From: Piromyces finnis finn | Lineage: Eukaryota > Fungi > Neocallimastigomycota | Length of the DNA stretch: 64,000 nucleotides | Assembly (NCBI GenBank): GCA_002104945.1 | Contig: MCFH01000010.1 | Span: 186,001-250,000, forward strand | Direction of reading: 5' to 3' | Shown here: one piece after another, positions 1 through 15,911 of the stretch | Position numbering within the stretch: the stretch's first letter is position 1 | How the letters are laid out: every line of letters begins with the position of its first letter | Program-made: the position numbers and the translations under genes | Notes under the pieces: model-generated | What the model was told of the DNA's origin: nothing | The model's database searches: none | The model's input: only the letters and a program-made list of their open reading frames with translations

Positions 1-911
1 ATATGGATAATAATATTTCAAACAAATAGAATTAAATGGGGTTATAAAATAGATGGTTTTTATGTTTATGTACCAAAAGGATAATAATTCAAATTTATAT
101 GTATATATAAATTTGAATTATCTAATTAATTAATTAATGCATATAGAATAAGAAATCCAGTGAAAAAAATAATAATACATAATAAAAATTTTTGTTTATT
201 TCCCAAGGATTATATATCTATAAATGTAAAAAATATTTATAAATGTTATTATCTATACATAATAAAAATTTCATTAATGCAATAATTAACAATTAAACGC
301 TATATCTATACAACATTATTTATAATTATTTTAGATATAGAAATTATTGTTACATAAATAATACATCTTAAGTTTGAAAATTTAAGCATTTAAATAAATA
401 TATGCTTATATCTAAATAAAGTAAAATAAATATACATTTTTAAGTTACTAATATAAAAATATATAACTATTAATATAACAATAAAATAAAAAATTAAAAA
501 TTAAAATCAATTCTTTTACAACTTTTTTTCTATAATATCTCTTCTGAAGTTTTATTATGAAGTATTATTATTTATTCTTCATTCTAATATAATAAAATGA
601 AAGAAAAAAAGTTTTATAATTAATTTTAAAATAATACTTATATTATTTTATATAATATACATAAAATCAATATTATTATTTTTTTAATATTAATATTTAA
701 ATGTATTCAAACGTAAATCAAAAATTACTTAAATTACTTCAATAAAGAATTTACTAGTTAATCTAAAACATTACATATATATATATTAATTCTATTTAAA
801 TAAAAAAAGTTTATCAAAAATTATGAATTTACAATTAATAGTAAAAATAATAATATCATAAAAAATATAATAATATACATTATTATATTATAATTTCAAT
901 AATAGTAATAT

Positions 912-2498
912 TTATTGCTTTAATTTTTTTTGTTGTGGAAAGCTGATGGACGTTGTTTGACTTTCATATTTTCTTTTACGATTTAATAAATAATTGTCAA
1001 ATTTTGAATTACGGATAGTAATATTAGAATAAGATGATGAAGAAGAATTTTCATTATAAGATTCTTCTTGTTCATAACAATCATTCTCATTATTTGCGTT
1101 ATCTATTTTTATAAAAAAATATAAATATTTAGTTTATTAATAATTATAATTTTAATTATTAATATATAATAAACACATATACTAGATAAATATAATACCT
1201 TTATTATATATAGTTTTTGTTTGGTAGTCTTCAGCTTTAATATTTATACAATTTTCAGATTTCTTATTGATAGTATTATTTTTTGAAGAATCTTTTAAAT
1301 TGTTAATTTCTTCCTTGGGTATATTATGATATTTTTTATCAAAAGATTCTAACTCTACATTTGGAATAATTAATATGGATTGAGATTCTGAATTAGTAAT
1401 ATTTGTATCTTGACTGCTTTTATTGTTCATTTTTTCATCTCCTGACTCCTTTTCTTTCTTTATTTTGGCATCATTATCAACAGATGGTGGAGTTAAAATA
1501 TTTAAATTATCATATAATTTCATATTTATATTTCTATATGATAGGGTATTATATTTTAACTCTTTATTCATCTGTAGAGAATCATTTGTTGAATCATTAT
1601 GAATATTTTCAATGCTTTTATTATTGTTATTATTATCAAATGTTGTTATATTGGAAATAATGTTGTTGGTTGTTTCTGAATTATTTTCTGGGTATAATGT
1701 ATCATTATTTTTAGTATCCATGTTTTGAGGTACTGAGGTAGAAATTTCTGATAAACTAGATTGTACTCTACGAAAATCAGGATAATGAATTCTATTGATA
1801 TAGCTTTCATAACTTGGTGCACGTGATCTACGACGACGGTAATGTGCAGAAGGGGCATAAAGAGTATAATCTTCTCTAAGGGAGGATGAATTTGATATTA
1901 TTGGTGAAGAATTTTCAGAATTAAAAGAATGATTAGTAATGTTTTCATCTTGTTCAATTGTTTCATCATTTTCAATTTCTTCTTCTTCTTCTTCTACACT
2001 TTCTTCTTCATCTATATCATCTAAACCATTATTTTGTAAAATATCTCTTTGATTATAATATGTTTGCTGATAATATCTATTCATATTATTCATAGATAAT
2101 ATATTTCCATTTAAAAGTCTTTGATTATATTCACGATAATAAGCATTAACATTTTCAAAATTAACTGCTTGCACTCTATTAGCATACTCCTGATTATAAT
2201 TGGCATACCCATATACATTACTATTATTATAGGCATTGATTTCTTCAAAATGTTGTCTATTTAAATAATAATTGGGGTTTAAAGTTCTCCTTGAAAGCAT
2301 AGATAAAAATCTTTCAAAAGCCTCAGCCCTTTGGAAGAATCTTCTAGTACCAGTAATACTAACTAATTTTTGGAATGTTTCCTGAACAATTGGTATATTA
2401 TATATATTTAAATCCAATGAAAATTTTGCTAATCTTTCAAGATAGTGAAGGTGTTCCATCACTAACATTTCAGATTCTTCTGCAGATGGACCAAGCAT
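912..2498 (-). CDS. Hypothetical protein of about 500 aa: short globular-looking N-terminus, then N/Y/Q-rich, acidic and S/N-rich low-complexity regions; 2 exons
   Basis: The 438-aa ORF 1182-2498 has a GT donor near 1197 (AAAG|gtatta). An AG acceptor near 1103 continues in frame as DNANNENDCYEQEESY...KRKYESQTTSISFPQQKKLKQ* with the stop at 912-914. No family recognised. Confidence 0.7.
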
Positions 2499-4591
2499 AA
2501 TGAACTTTTTTTTTTTTCTTTTCCTACTTAATAATAATAAAAATTATAAATACTGCTTTATATTATAAATAAATTATTATTTTAATTATTTTTTTCAATA
2601 TTAATATGAATTATTTAATAAAATAAAAATATATATATGTACTTTTTTTTTAGAAAAAAAAATACAAAGAAAGAAAAAAAAAAAGGTATATATATATATC
2701 AATATATGTTATCGTATATTTTACAAAATCTAATAATATTCCATGATTTAAGTTTTATGGTGTTTTAATAATTAATTTACTTTTTCATTTTTTTTTTTTT
2801 TGTATTATTTTAATATTATAGTTTATTTTTTGGAAACTATTAAAATTATGTAAAGTTATAAATAAAAAAAAAGAGGAAATACACTAAAAAGTATAATAAA
2901 TACAATCTATATATATTGATTTATAATAATATAACTTATTTAAAAGAATTACAAAAAAAAATTACTAAGTTTATTTATTAAATATCAAAATAACATAATT
3001 GATTATTTGAACTTATTATATATTATTAACTATATATAAATAACAATACAATTCTATATATTATTTTTTTATCTATATTAATTTATAAAATATGAAAAAA
3101 ATATATTTAATTAATAAACAACTAATATACAAAAATGAATTAAATTTAATATTATAAAGTTTATTTAAACAAAAAAATGGTGTTTTTTTTTTTTTATTGT
3201 ATTTCTACAAATATTTTATTTTTCATTTTATTGATATAAAATAAAAATTATGTTGATTTTTTATTTATTATTTATTAATCTTAATTTAAATCAATTATTT
3301 TCTTTCTATTTCTTTTATATAAATATATATTTAAGTTTTTAATTATTGTTTTTGTTAATGTTTTATTTATTTATTTACTTACATATTTATTTATTATTTC
3401 CTATTTTCAAATAAATATATTATATGGTTTTTTACTTTATTTAGTTTAATTTAATATATCTTTGTTGATTATTTAAATATCAATAACTTTAAATTAAAAA
3501 AAAGTTTAAATTTTTCTTTTTTAAAATTTTACTGAAGGAAAATATATTTATGGCTTTATTTTACTAAATAATATTAACTAATATAATTTCTTAATTTAAA
3601 TTATCATCTTTTGTGGCTTATATTTTAATATATATATATTTCCTATATAAAAATGATTAATACAAAATTATAATAAATAAATTTCTGTTGTGTTACATAC
3701 TATATCTTAAAAAAAAAATTGTATCCATCATATTTCTTTTTACCATCATTTATTTAATAATGCTTTTAAAGACTATTTATTAAAAAATATCTTATTTATT
3801 ACCATCATTTATTTTCTTATTAATTAATACAATTAATTTCAAATTATATGATGATTTTTTATTATAATTAGTTCAAGTTATATATTAGATTTTCTTTTTA
3901 AAAGATTATAAATCTTTAAATAGTTCAGTATAATATGTTTCTAGTGATAAAGGCTGAAATTACTATTTTTAAAATATTAAATCGGAAAAAACTAAATAAT
4001 AATAGATATAATGAAAATCCCTAAAAAATCATGATTTCTTAAAATAAAATATAAAATTTCCTATTCCAATGTTTTTGTCTTTTAAAATTTTTATTTTCCT
4101 TATTTCTTTTTCATGAAGTATAAATACTTTTATTTTATTTAAATATTAAATCTATTATTATTTTAAATATATATATTTAAAAATTATAATATTATTAAGA
4201 TTACATTGATATAAATAATAAAAAAGTTAATCAAAGTTTAAAAAAAAACAACTAAAATTTATATATTATTTGTATGATGAATAAAAATAAAAAAAAACAT
4301 TGATTTTTTTTTTTTTTTTTTACTTTAAATTATATTTAAATATATATAAATTTACATCTAATATAAGTTGTTGGGATAAAAAAACTTTAAAAGGTTTATA
4401 TATTATATTTATATTATAATCTATCTTTTAATACAAATGACAAGATTCAAATAACCCTAAAAAGCTAAAACTAATATTTTTAATTCTTTTAATTTAAATC
4501 AACTAGTGTAACATTCGCAAAATATATATAAATAACACATTTTGAATTTTAAAATCAAGGAATTTTTTTTCTTTGAAGGATATCATAGAAT

Positions 4592-4705
4592 TATTACTAT
4601 TACTATTACTATTACTATTACTATTACTATTACTATTACTATTACTATTACTATTACTATTACTATTACTATTACTATTACTATTACTATTACTATTATT
4701 ATTAT
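4592..4705. repeat. (ATTACT)n hexanucleotide microsatellite
   Basis: Read directly; about 17 near-perfect units. It produces the spurious SNSNSN ORF. Confidence 0.95.
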
Positions 4706-6737
4706 TTAAATTATAAAATAAATAAATCTTCACAAAAATTAAAATATTATTAAATTACTTTCAAAGTTTAACAGAAATAACAATAAGGTTTAATTGTTTT
4801 TTTTTATATTTTCATTATAATTTTAATTATAATAGTATTATTAGTACTATACTTTATGATTTCAATATTCCATGTTATAACTATTGAATTCATCCTTAAA
4901 ATTAATAATTAAACAGAGTATATTTAAACTAATGTTATGTTTACTTTTTAATACTCAACATATACATATAGAATATTCTATTAATATTATTATAATTTAA
5001 TTAATACTATATTATTTTTTGTATTAAAGTTTGTTTTTAATTAAAAATTGGATAAATAAAATTAAATTAAAATTATAATTAAACTAAAAATATTATAAAC
5101 TTATTATGTTGTAATATGAGCTTGATGAAACAATTATTAAATATTCTACTTTATTCACTGAAGAAATTTGATTTAATTATATATATGGATTTAATATATT
5201 TTATTTATAATTCACTGATCATCAACTCAAGACATAATATTTTGTCTGCGGATACATTTCATACAAATCATTTAAAAGTTATTATATATCTGGAGATATT
5301 AGTATGAATATTTTAAATAACCTCAACATAACTATTAAGAATTACATTTAACAATTTTTATTTTTATATTTTATACAGAATATAATATAACGTTTTAATA
5401 TTTATATCATATTTAAATATATTTGAAAAATTATAACAATATATAAACTTATAATTATTATACTATAATAGCATAATTAATTTGAGTTGTTCAATATTTT
5501 ATAATTTTATCTTTTATTGTGAGAAAATTTTACTTATTTAACTTATGAATGTAAAAAATATTAATTTATATTATGATTTTATTAATATAAATATAGTTAA
5601 AAAGGTTATTGATTTTAACTATGCTATATACCATATGCTATATACCATGTTGATATAAAAAATACATATTTTGGCTTCGATATTGTAAAAATTAAACTTA
5701 CATATGCTTCAAAATATCGAAATTATAGCTTAATTAATAATGATATTATCTATTTCTCGTGCTAGAAATGTAGAAATGATGATTTAATAAGGAAATTGAA
5801 TATATAACCAATAAAAAAATAATGTAAATATATATATATTTCGGCATTAAATAATAAAAGATGTATGTACAAATTCTGGTCAATTTATTATTTACATAAT
5901 TTTGATGTTATATTATATGATATTATTTTACTAATAATTATAGATTATATAACATAATTATTAATTATTAATTAAACTGAAAATTATACTACCTTTTTAG
6001 TAAAAATAGGGTTATTAGATCTTCATATAATAAATATATATAAAATATGAGCTCTCTCTTTTAATACCTATTGAAAACCATTTTGATAATTTGAAATTTA
6101 TAAAATAGTTAAAACTTAAATTTTAATATTTTCTATTATTAATAAAGATTTTGATAAACCATATTCAATAAGATAATATTCTTTAATTACAAAAAACTAC
6201 ACGATAGTAAATAATTAATGTTAATTCTAATCAATCTTATTTATATTATCTATAAATGATAGTTTCAAGATTCATTTTAATATACTAAAATATTGTTTTT
6301 CTTAAAAATATATATATATCAATAAGGATCACTTTTAGAAAATGTATAATGAATATATATAATATATAAGCCACAATATACAAAAATACGAATTTAATTG
6401 TTATTACATTACGCTAATAAACAAACCACCAAACATTATGTAAATTTATAATCTTTTTTTTTTTTAAATAGATTAAAAAATCCTGACATTTTAAATAAAT
6501 TTTCCACATGTGTTTTTACACAATATTTTTTTGATAAATTTTATCATAACCTTTTATATACAAAATACAAAGTTATCTATCCAATTATTTATTATTTATT
6601 TTATTTAAAAAATTAATTCTTTTTTTTTTTTTTTTAAATAATATACTTAAAAAATACTGAAATAATAGGAAAAAATATAATTTAATATAGTAATTATATA
6701 TAAGTAATACCGAAATAACAGTATAATTTTTGAAAAA

Positions 6738-8447
6738 ATGAGTAATTTAACACAGTCAACTTCACTTAATAGTTCACAAAAGAGTCTAAGCGATTCACAA
6801 AAAAATTTAAGTGACTCACAAAAAAATTTAAGACCATTTAGAAATTCTTCAAGAAAAGGTCTTTCAATAATCATTAAAATTGGTACTTCTTCAATTTGTG
6901 ATGAAGTAACACATTTTACAAAATTATCAACTTTATCTCAACTTGTAGAAACTATCGTGGAACTTAAAAATAATGGAAATGATGTAATCTTAGTTACTAG
7001 TGGTGCTGTAGGAACTGGTTTACGTAGATTAAATCAAGCAACTAAACCAAAAGTTATTTCAAAAATTCAAGTAATTATTATTTGAAAAATAGTGTATTAT
7101 AATAATAATATTTAATTGACATTTCATACAGATATATAAAAATAAACTGTTCAATCGTTTTTAACATTATTATTAAATATTAATAATATATCTAAATAAT
7201 TAACAATTTAATTAACATTGTAAAACAAGGCTATTGCAGCTGTTGGTCAAGGAAAATTAATGAGTCAATATGATGATTTATTCGATCAATTCAATCAACC
7301 AATTGCCCAAGTTTTACTTACAAGAAATGATCTTACTGAAGTAAATATTAATATTATATATTTATGTTAATATTTATAAATAATAAAATGATATAAATAA
7401 GTTGCAAAAAATATATCTAACTATTTATATATAATAAAAATAATAAAATAGCGTAGTGCATATTTAAACGCTTGTGCAACTTTTGAAGAATTGCTTAATA
7501 TGAATGTAGTTCCAATTGTTAATGAAAATGATACCATTTCCGTCGCTGAATTACGTTTTGGTGATAATGATACTTTATCAGCAATTACAGCTGGTATGGT
7601 CAATGCAGATTATTTGTTTTTATTAACTGATGTTGACGCACTTTATACTGATAATCCAAGAATTAATCCAGAATCAAAAGCTATACATGAAGTAGACGAT
7701 ATTTCAAAATTAAAAAGCGAAAGTGAGTTAATTAATAATTAGTTTATTATTATTTCATATGAAATAAAAATAAAAATAAGTAAATAGAATGATTATACTA
7801 ATATTTTATATTTAATTATGAAAGTTTCATTTACTTCATCTGGCTCATCCTTAGGTACAGGTGGTATGGCTACTAAATTAATCGCTGCTGAACTAGCAAC
7901 AGCTGCTGGCTGCAAAACTGTTATTTTATCTGGTAAACAACCAGGTGATATAATAAAAGTTCTTGATTATGCAAAAGAACATCCAAATGAACCACCAGTT
8001 ATTGGTACACACTTTAAAGCTAAGGAAAATCCAATGGTTGATAAAAAGTGGTGGATTATGTATGGACTTGCAACTAATGGTAAATTATATATTGACAAAG
8101 GTGCTGTTAGTGCTGTTGCTCTTCATAAAAGCAGTTTATTTGCAGCTGGTATTAAAGAAGTGGAAGGAAACTTTAATGCACATGAATCAGTTTTAATGGT
8201 TTATAAGCACACTCAAGAAGATGGTACTATTAAGGAGATTGAAGTTGGTAAAGGATTAGTTACATATACAAGTACTGAAATTAATAGAATCAAGGGTCAT
8301 AAAAGTAAAGATATTTATAAATTACTTGGATATATGGATTCAGACTATGTTATTCATAGAGGAAATATAGCTATTATGTTAACAGATGAAGATAAGCATA
8401 TTATAAACCTTGAAGAACAATGTACATGTAAAGAAGATAAAAAATAA
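6738..8447 (+). CDS. PRO1: Glutamate 5-kinase (gamma-glutamyl kinase) with C-terminal PUA domain; 4 exons (6738-7070, 7230-7340, 7452-7722, 7825-8447)
   Basis: Motifs [63 protein letters not shown] and a PUA-like LFAAGI...GNF region. GT-AG junctions keep the frame. Confidence 0.95.
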
Positions 8448-9217
8448 AACATAAATTTAATATTATCATTTTTAATATTATAAATGAGAATTTTAATGTT
8501 TTTTTTTAAAAAAAAAAAAAAAAAAGAAATAATGAGTAAAATAAAAATAAAATAGCTTCTTGCTAATTATAATTATATAACTAATGAGAAGGGTTTTTAT
8601 CCTTAAAAATATATATATATATATATATATATTATATACATTTTATTATCTATCTTTAAAAATAATCATATAATAAATTATATCAAAAATCGCATATTTC
8701 TTAAAAAAAGAAAAACATAAATTTAAAAGATAATATAAATAATAAAGTAATAAAAATAAATATTAAAAATAAAAATATGTAAAAGTAAATCTTATGTGTT
8801 GAAAAAAATACTATAAAAGAATTTATATTCAATAAAAGATCATACATATTAAAAATGTATTTAATGTTATATAATAATGTATTTAGTTATGTAATTAATT
8901 AATAATAATTTTATTAATATTTTTTAAAAAAGAAAAAAAAAACAAATTAATTAAAATATTAAATTAATAATTATTCTTTAAAAAATAATATATTTATGTG
9001 TATATTTATATGAAATAATAATTTTTATTTCATATATAGTTATTCTTTTTTTTTTTTTTTTTAAAAAAAGTAAACGTAATAAAATTTGTAATTTATTTTT
9101 TATTAAAAAAAAAGAAAGAAAACAATTTCTAAATTATAAAATAAAAATAAAAATATAACAAAGAAAATAACAACATAAATAAATATAATATATTTTTGAT
9201 CAATATAATTTACTAAA

Positions 9218-11827
<2,610 letters not shown>

Positions 11828-13031
11828 GTTATATTCTTTATGTATATGCATCATGATATTATATGTGTATATGTTTATTCGCAAAAAAGTTATTAATTCA
11901 ACTGTATAAAAAACTGGAAAAAAAATAAATAAACAAATAACAAATAATTAAAATTTATAATATATTTAATAACGATAAATAGCATTAATTAATATATAAT
12001 TTTAATATTTCATAATTACTATATTTAAATCAAAAAAAGAAGAAAAAAAATAATATATAGTAATATTTATATGTTAAAAGTTGTTTTGTTATTTATAATA
12101 AAACTATTTCATATAAACATAATAATAAAAATAATAATAACTAAAAAAAAATAAATAAATAAAAAATTAAATAAATAAAAAAAAAAATAAAATAAAACAT
12201 CAAATCTTTTTTAAAAAAAAAAAAAAAAAAGAATAAACCTAAAAATCTGAAATAATGATAAAATAAATAAATAAATAAGAAATAAAATAGGAAAAAAGAC
12301 TTTTTTGAAAAAAGGGAAAATATACATCTAATATATTAAAAGGTTAAAAGGTTTTTAATGTTTATTACTAAAATTGAAAATTTAATTTTTTATAAAAAGT
12401 TCATTTTACATTTTACTTTTTCATCATTTTTAAATTGGTTGTAAATTATAAATATATATTTTTAAAAAAAAACTGTAAATATTGTTAAAGTAATAGAATC
12501 AATAGAATTACTAATTGACATTTTAAATAAGTATTTTCACGTGTTAAAAAAATAATATAGGTTAATTTTATGCAGAAAGAATTTAATGCACATGTATAAC
12601 TAAAGTGTCTTTTTTTTTTTTAATTATCAAAAACTATAATACTATAAATTGTTTTTATATTTATATCATTTTTAAATAATTAAATCAATTTTGAATAAAT
12701 TTCTTTTATCTTTTATAGGAAAAATAAATTATAAAATTATTATATAAAATTATTTCTATAATTCAGTGTAAACATAATTCCAATTTCAATTTCAAATGAA
12801 TTCGCAAAATATCAAAATATAATACTAAAATTCTATACAAAACAACAATACACTTTTTGTTATTTTTTTTTAAATTTATTATATTTTTTTATTTTTTTTA
12901 TTTTTTTTAATTTCTTTAGTATAATTATTTATACTTCATTTATTTGCTTTTAGATTTTCATGCATTTATTTGCATTAATTTTTACTTTAAAATTTTAATT
13001 AAAAATAATTTATTGTTTAAATGTGATTTAC

Positions 13032-14303
13032 TTAGTTAAGAGCTTGTTCAATATCAGCAATGATATCTTCAACATCTTCAAGACCGACAGAGAATCTAAT
13101 TAAATCAGATGGAACACCAGCCTTAATTAATTCTTCTTCAGATAATTGCTTGTGAGTAGCATTAGCTGGATGTAAACAGCAAGTACGGATATCAGCAACG
13201 TGAGTAACAATAGCAGCTAACTTTAATTTCTTCATGAATTCTTCAGCAGCCTTTCTACCGCCCTTAACTCCGAAAGAAACAACACCACTGGAACCATTTG
13301 GTAAGTACTTTTGGGCTAAAGCGTGGTATTTGTTGCTTTCTAAATCTGGATAATTAACCCAGCTGATCTTGTCATTGCTTTCTAAGTACTTAGCAACAGC
13401 TAAAGCATTTTCGCAATGTCTCTTTATACGAACATGTAAACTTTCTAAACCAATATTAAGTAAGAAAGCATTGTGTGGAGATGGAATAGAACCTAAATCT
13501 CTCATTAATTGAGCAGTAGCCTTGGTAATGTAAGCACCTTCTAAACCAAATCTTTCAGTGTAAGTAACACCGTGGTAACTGTCATCTGGAGTAGTTAAAC
13601 CTGGGAACTTATCAGAGTATTTGTTCCAGTCAAACTTACCCTTATCAACGATACAACCACCAACACTAGTAGCATGACCATCCATATATTTAGTAGTAGA
13701 GTGAATAACAATATCAGCACCAAATTCAAATGGTCTGCAATTGATTGGAGTAGCAAAAGTATTATCAATGATTAAAGGAACACCATGAGCATGAGCAGCA
13801 TTGGCGAATCTTTCAATATCAAAAACAACAAGAGAAGGATTAGCAAGAGTTTCACCAAAGACAGCCTTGGTGTTTGGCTTGAAAGCAGCTTCTAATTCTT
13901 CATCAGAAATGTTTGGGTCAACAAAAGTAAATTCAATACCCATTCTCTTCATGGTAACAGCGAAAAGATTGTAAGTACCACCGTAAATATTAGTGGAGGC
14001 AATAACGTGATCACCACAACCAGCAAGATTGAAAACTGAGTAGAAAGAAGCAGCTTGACCAGAGGAAGTTAACATAGCAGCAGAACCACCTTCTAAAGCA
14101 CAGATTTTAGCAGCAACGTAATCATTAGTTGGGTTTTGAAGACGAGTGTAGAAGTAACCACTGGCTTCTAAATCAAATAATTTACCCATATCTTCACTAG
14201 TATCATATTTGAAAGTGGTACTTTGGATAATTGGAATGACTCTTGGTTCACCATTCTTTGGTGTGTAACCAGCTTGAACACACTTAGTATTTATTCCAGT
14301 CAT
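13032..14303 (-). CDS. metY: O-acetylhomoserine aminocarboxypropyltransferase / cysteine synthase family PLP enzyme (MetY-type), intronless and bacterial-like
   Basis: 423-aa uninterrupted ORF with YTRLQNPT, LEGG...SSGQAA, YGGTYNL, DNTFATP, the PLP-lysine motif HSTTKYMDGH, and LIRFSVGLED. Confidence 0.93.
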   Translation of the reverse strand: MTGINTKCVQAGYTPKNGEPRVIPIIQSTTFKYDTSEDMGKLFDLEASGYFYTRLQNPTNDYVAAKICALEGGSAAMLTSSGQAASFYSVFNLAGCGDHVIASTNIYGGTYNLFAVTMKRMGIEFTFVDPNISDEELEAAFKPNTKAVFGETLANPSLVVFDIERFANAAHAHGVPLIIDNTFATPINCRPFEFGADIVIHSTTKYMDGHATSVGGCIVDKGKFDWNKYSDKFPGLTTPDDSYHGVTYTERFGLEGAYITKATAQLMRDLGSIPSPHNAFLLNIGLESLHVRIKRHCENALAVAKYLESNDKISWVNYPDLESNKYHALAQKYLPNGSSGVVSFGVKGGRKAAEEFMKKLKLAAIVTHVADIRTCCLHPANATHKQLSEEELIKAGVPSDLIRFSVGLEDVEDIIADIEQALN

Positions 14304-15595
14304 GTTAACTAAATTATTTTTAATTATAAAAAAATGTGATTTTTACCAAAAAAAAAAAAAATTATATATATACTACAAAAATACTTGTTTACATTACACC
14401 AATAGATTAATAGATATAATAATAAAACAAAAAAAAATAAAATTTAAATTATTGGCAGATTACTAAAAAAATATTTAAAAAAAAAATAATTGAAAATAAT
14501 TTAAAAATAATGATATCATATGACTATTAGTTAATGTTTATATTTTTTTATGTTTAAATCTAATAAATATAAGTATAATTAATATAAAACAGTTTTTAAT
14601 TTCTTTCAATTAAATAATATATATATTATCATATTTTTACAATAATATATTTATATTTATCATTTAACAACTAAGTCTTCTTTTTTTTTTAATGCTTTTT
14701 AATAAAATAAAAATTTATACAACAACTAATTAATAATCATATTTCTATTAATTTATATATTATAATTATTTAATAAGAATATTCATTATTCGTTTGATAT
14801 ATAAAATTAATTTATTATTCCTTTTTTTGCTAATCTTTGATATAAAACTCTTGAATATTTTCATTTAAAAAATTTTTATTTTTTACATTTAATTCTAATA
14901 ACATTAACATCAATGATACATATGTATAAAATAAAGATATTAAATAAATTAATGCCCTATCTATGGTAATCCTTACTTTTGATTCTCTACGTAACTAGAA
15001 TAATAATTTTCATCCAAATATTCCTTTTTAAACAAATATTCACAAATTTCTTTTAAAACTAAAAAATAAATAAAAATAAATTTTTATCATCAAAAATAAA
15101 ATATTACATAAATTTATTTATTATAAATTTTTAAATTTAATATATTATAAAAATAAGAAATGTAAGCCATCTTTAATACAATGTGATATCTCTAGATCGA
15201 ATTTAATCAATCAGAACCAACATCATTCAGAAAACAGCTATTCTTTTCATGTACCATGGAAGAACACTATCATAAAATCTCTTCTCTAATGTTCATAGTA
15301 GTACATTTATGGGATAGAAGAGATTTCGTATCAAATCTTTATGATTCGAAAAACTTCTGAAGTTTAAAAATGATGCAATATTGTTTTGGTTTATATATTA
15401 TTCCAATATTAAATATACTAATTTGTTTATTTTGAATAAGTGTATTCAAAATATTATTGGTTAACAGAAATATTTTACAATGTATTATCCAATAATAAAT
15501 AAGTTATAAAAATCTTTTGTGATTGGTTAGTAAATAATTTTCAATAAGTATAAAAATGATGAATGTAATATTTATTAAACTCTATTCTTGATAAC

Positions 15596-15742
15596 AATTC
15601 AACTTTGGCAGGTTAATTGAAATTTTAATTAATTTATGAGAACTAACTTTGCTGGTTGTATTGGAGATTGAATACCGTAATTATCTACTGCCTTACTATT
15701 TTAAATATGGGTGAAGCAGTTCGTCTCTACGGTTAAATATAA
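15596..15742 (+). ncRNA. Box H/ACA snoRNA candidate (snR31/SNORA8-like) guiding the conserved 18S pseudouridine in GAAGACGA-U-CAGAUACC; core hairpin 15674-15733, 5' boundary uncertain
   Basis: Lower stem ACCGTA (15674-79)/TACGGT (15728-33) and upper stem ACTGC (15687-91)/GCAGT (15716-20) enclose a 7x7 internal loop. Its strands TATCT and TCGTCT pair with AGAUA and AGACGA flanking an unpaired U-N. An AAA/ATA (ANA) triplet lies 14-16 nt downstream of the pocket. No canonical ACA or clear H box. Confidence 0.65.
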
Positions 15743-15911
15743 AATATTTAATTATTAATGAATTTAAAAATTAAAATGATAAATTTTTTTTAATTGAAAT
15801 TTTGAGTTTTCTATATTTAAAGATGTAGTTTTTCTTTTTTTTTTTTATTCTTAATTTTTATTATTTTAGTTTATTTTGCTTTATCTTTTTAATTGGAAGT
15901 TTTTTGAAATT

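Noticed and set aside
1-84. Open frame IWIIIFQTNRIKWGYKIDGFYVYVPKG* at the window edge
   Set aside because: It could be the tail of an upstream gene, but it is too short and unrecognisable to call.
15160-15480. Stop-interrupted peptide fragments (for example LEKRFYDSVLPW on the minus strand) suggesting a decayed reverse transcriptase
   Set aside because: The resemblance is too weak and no other RT motifs are nearby. Kept only as a hairpin observation.
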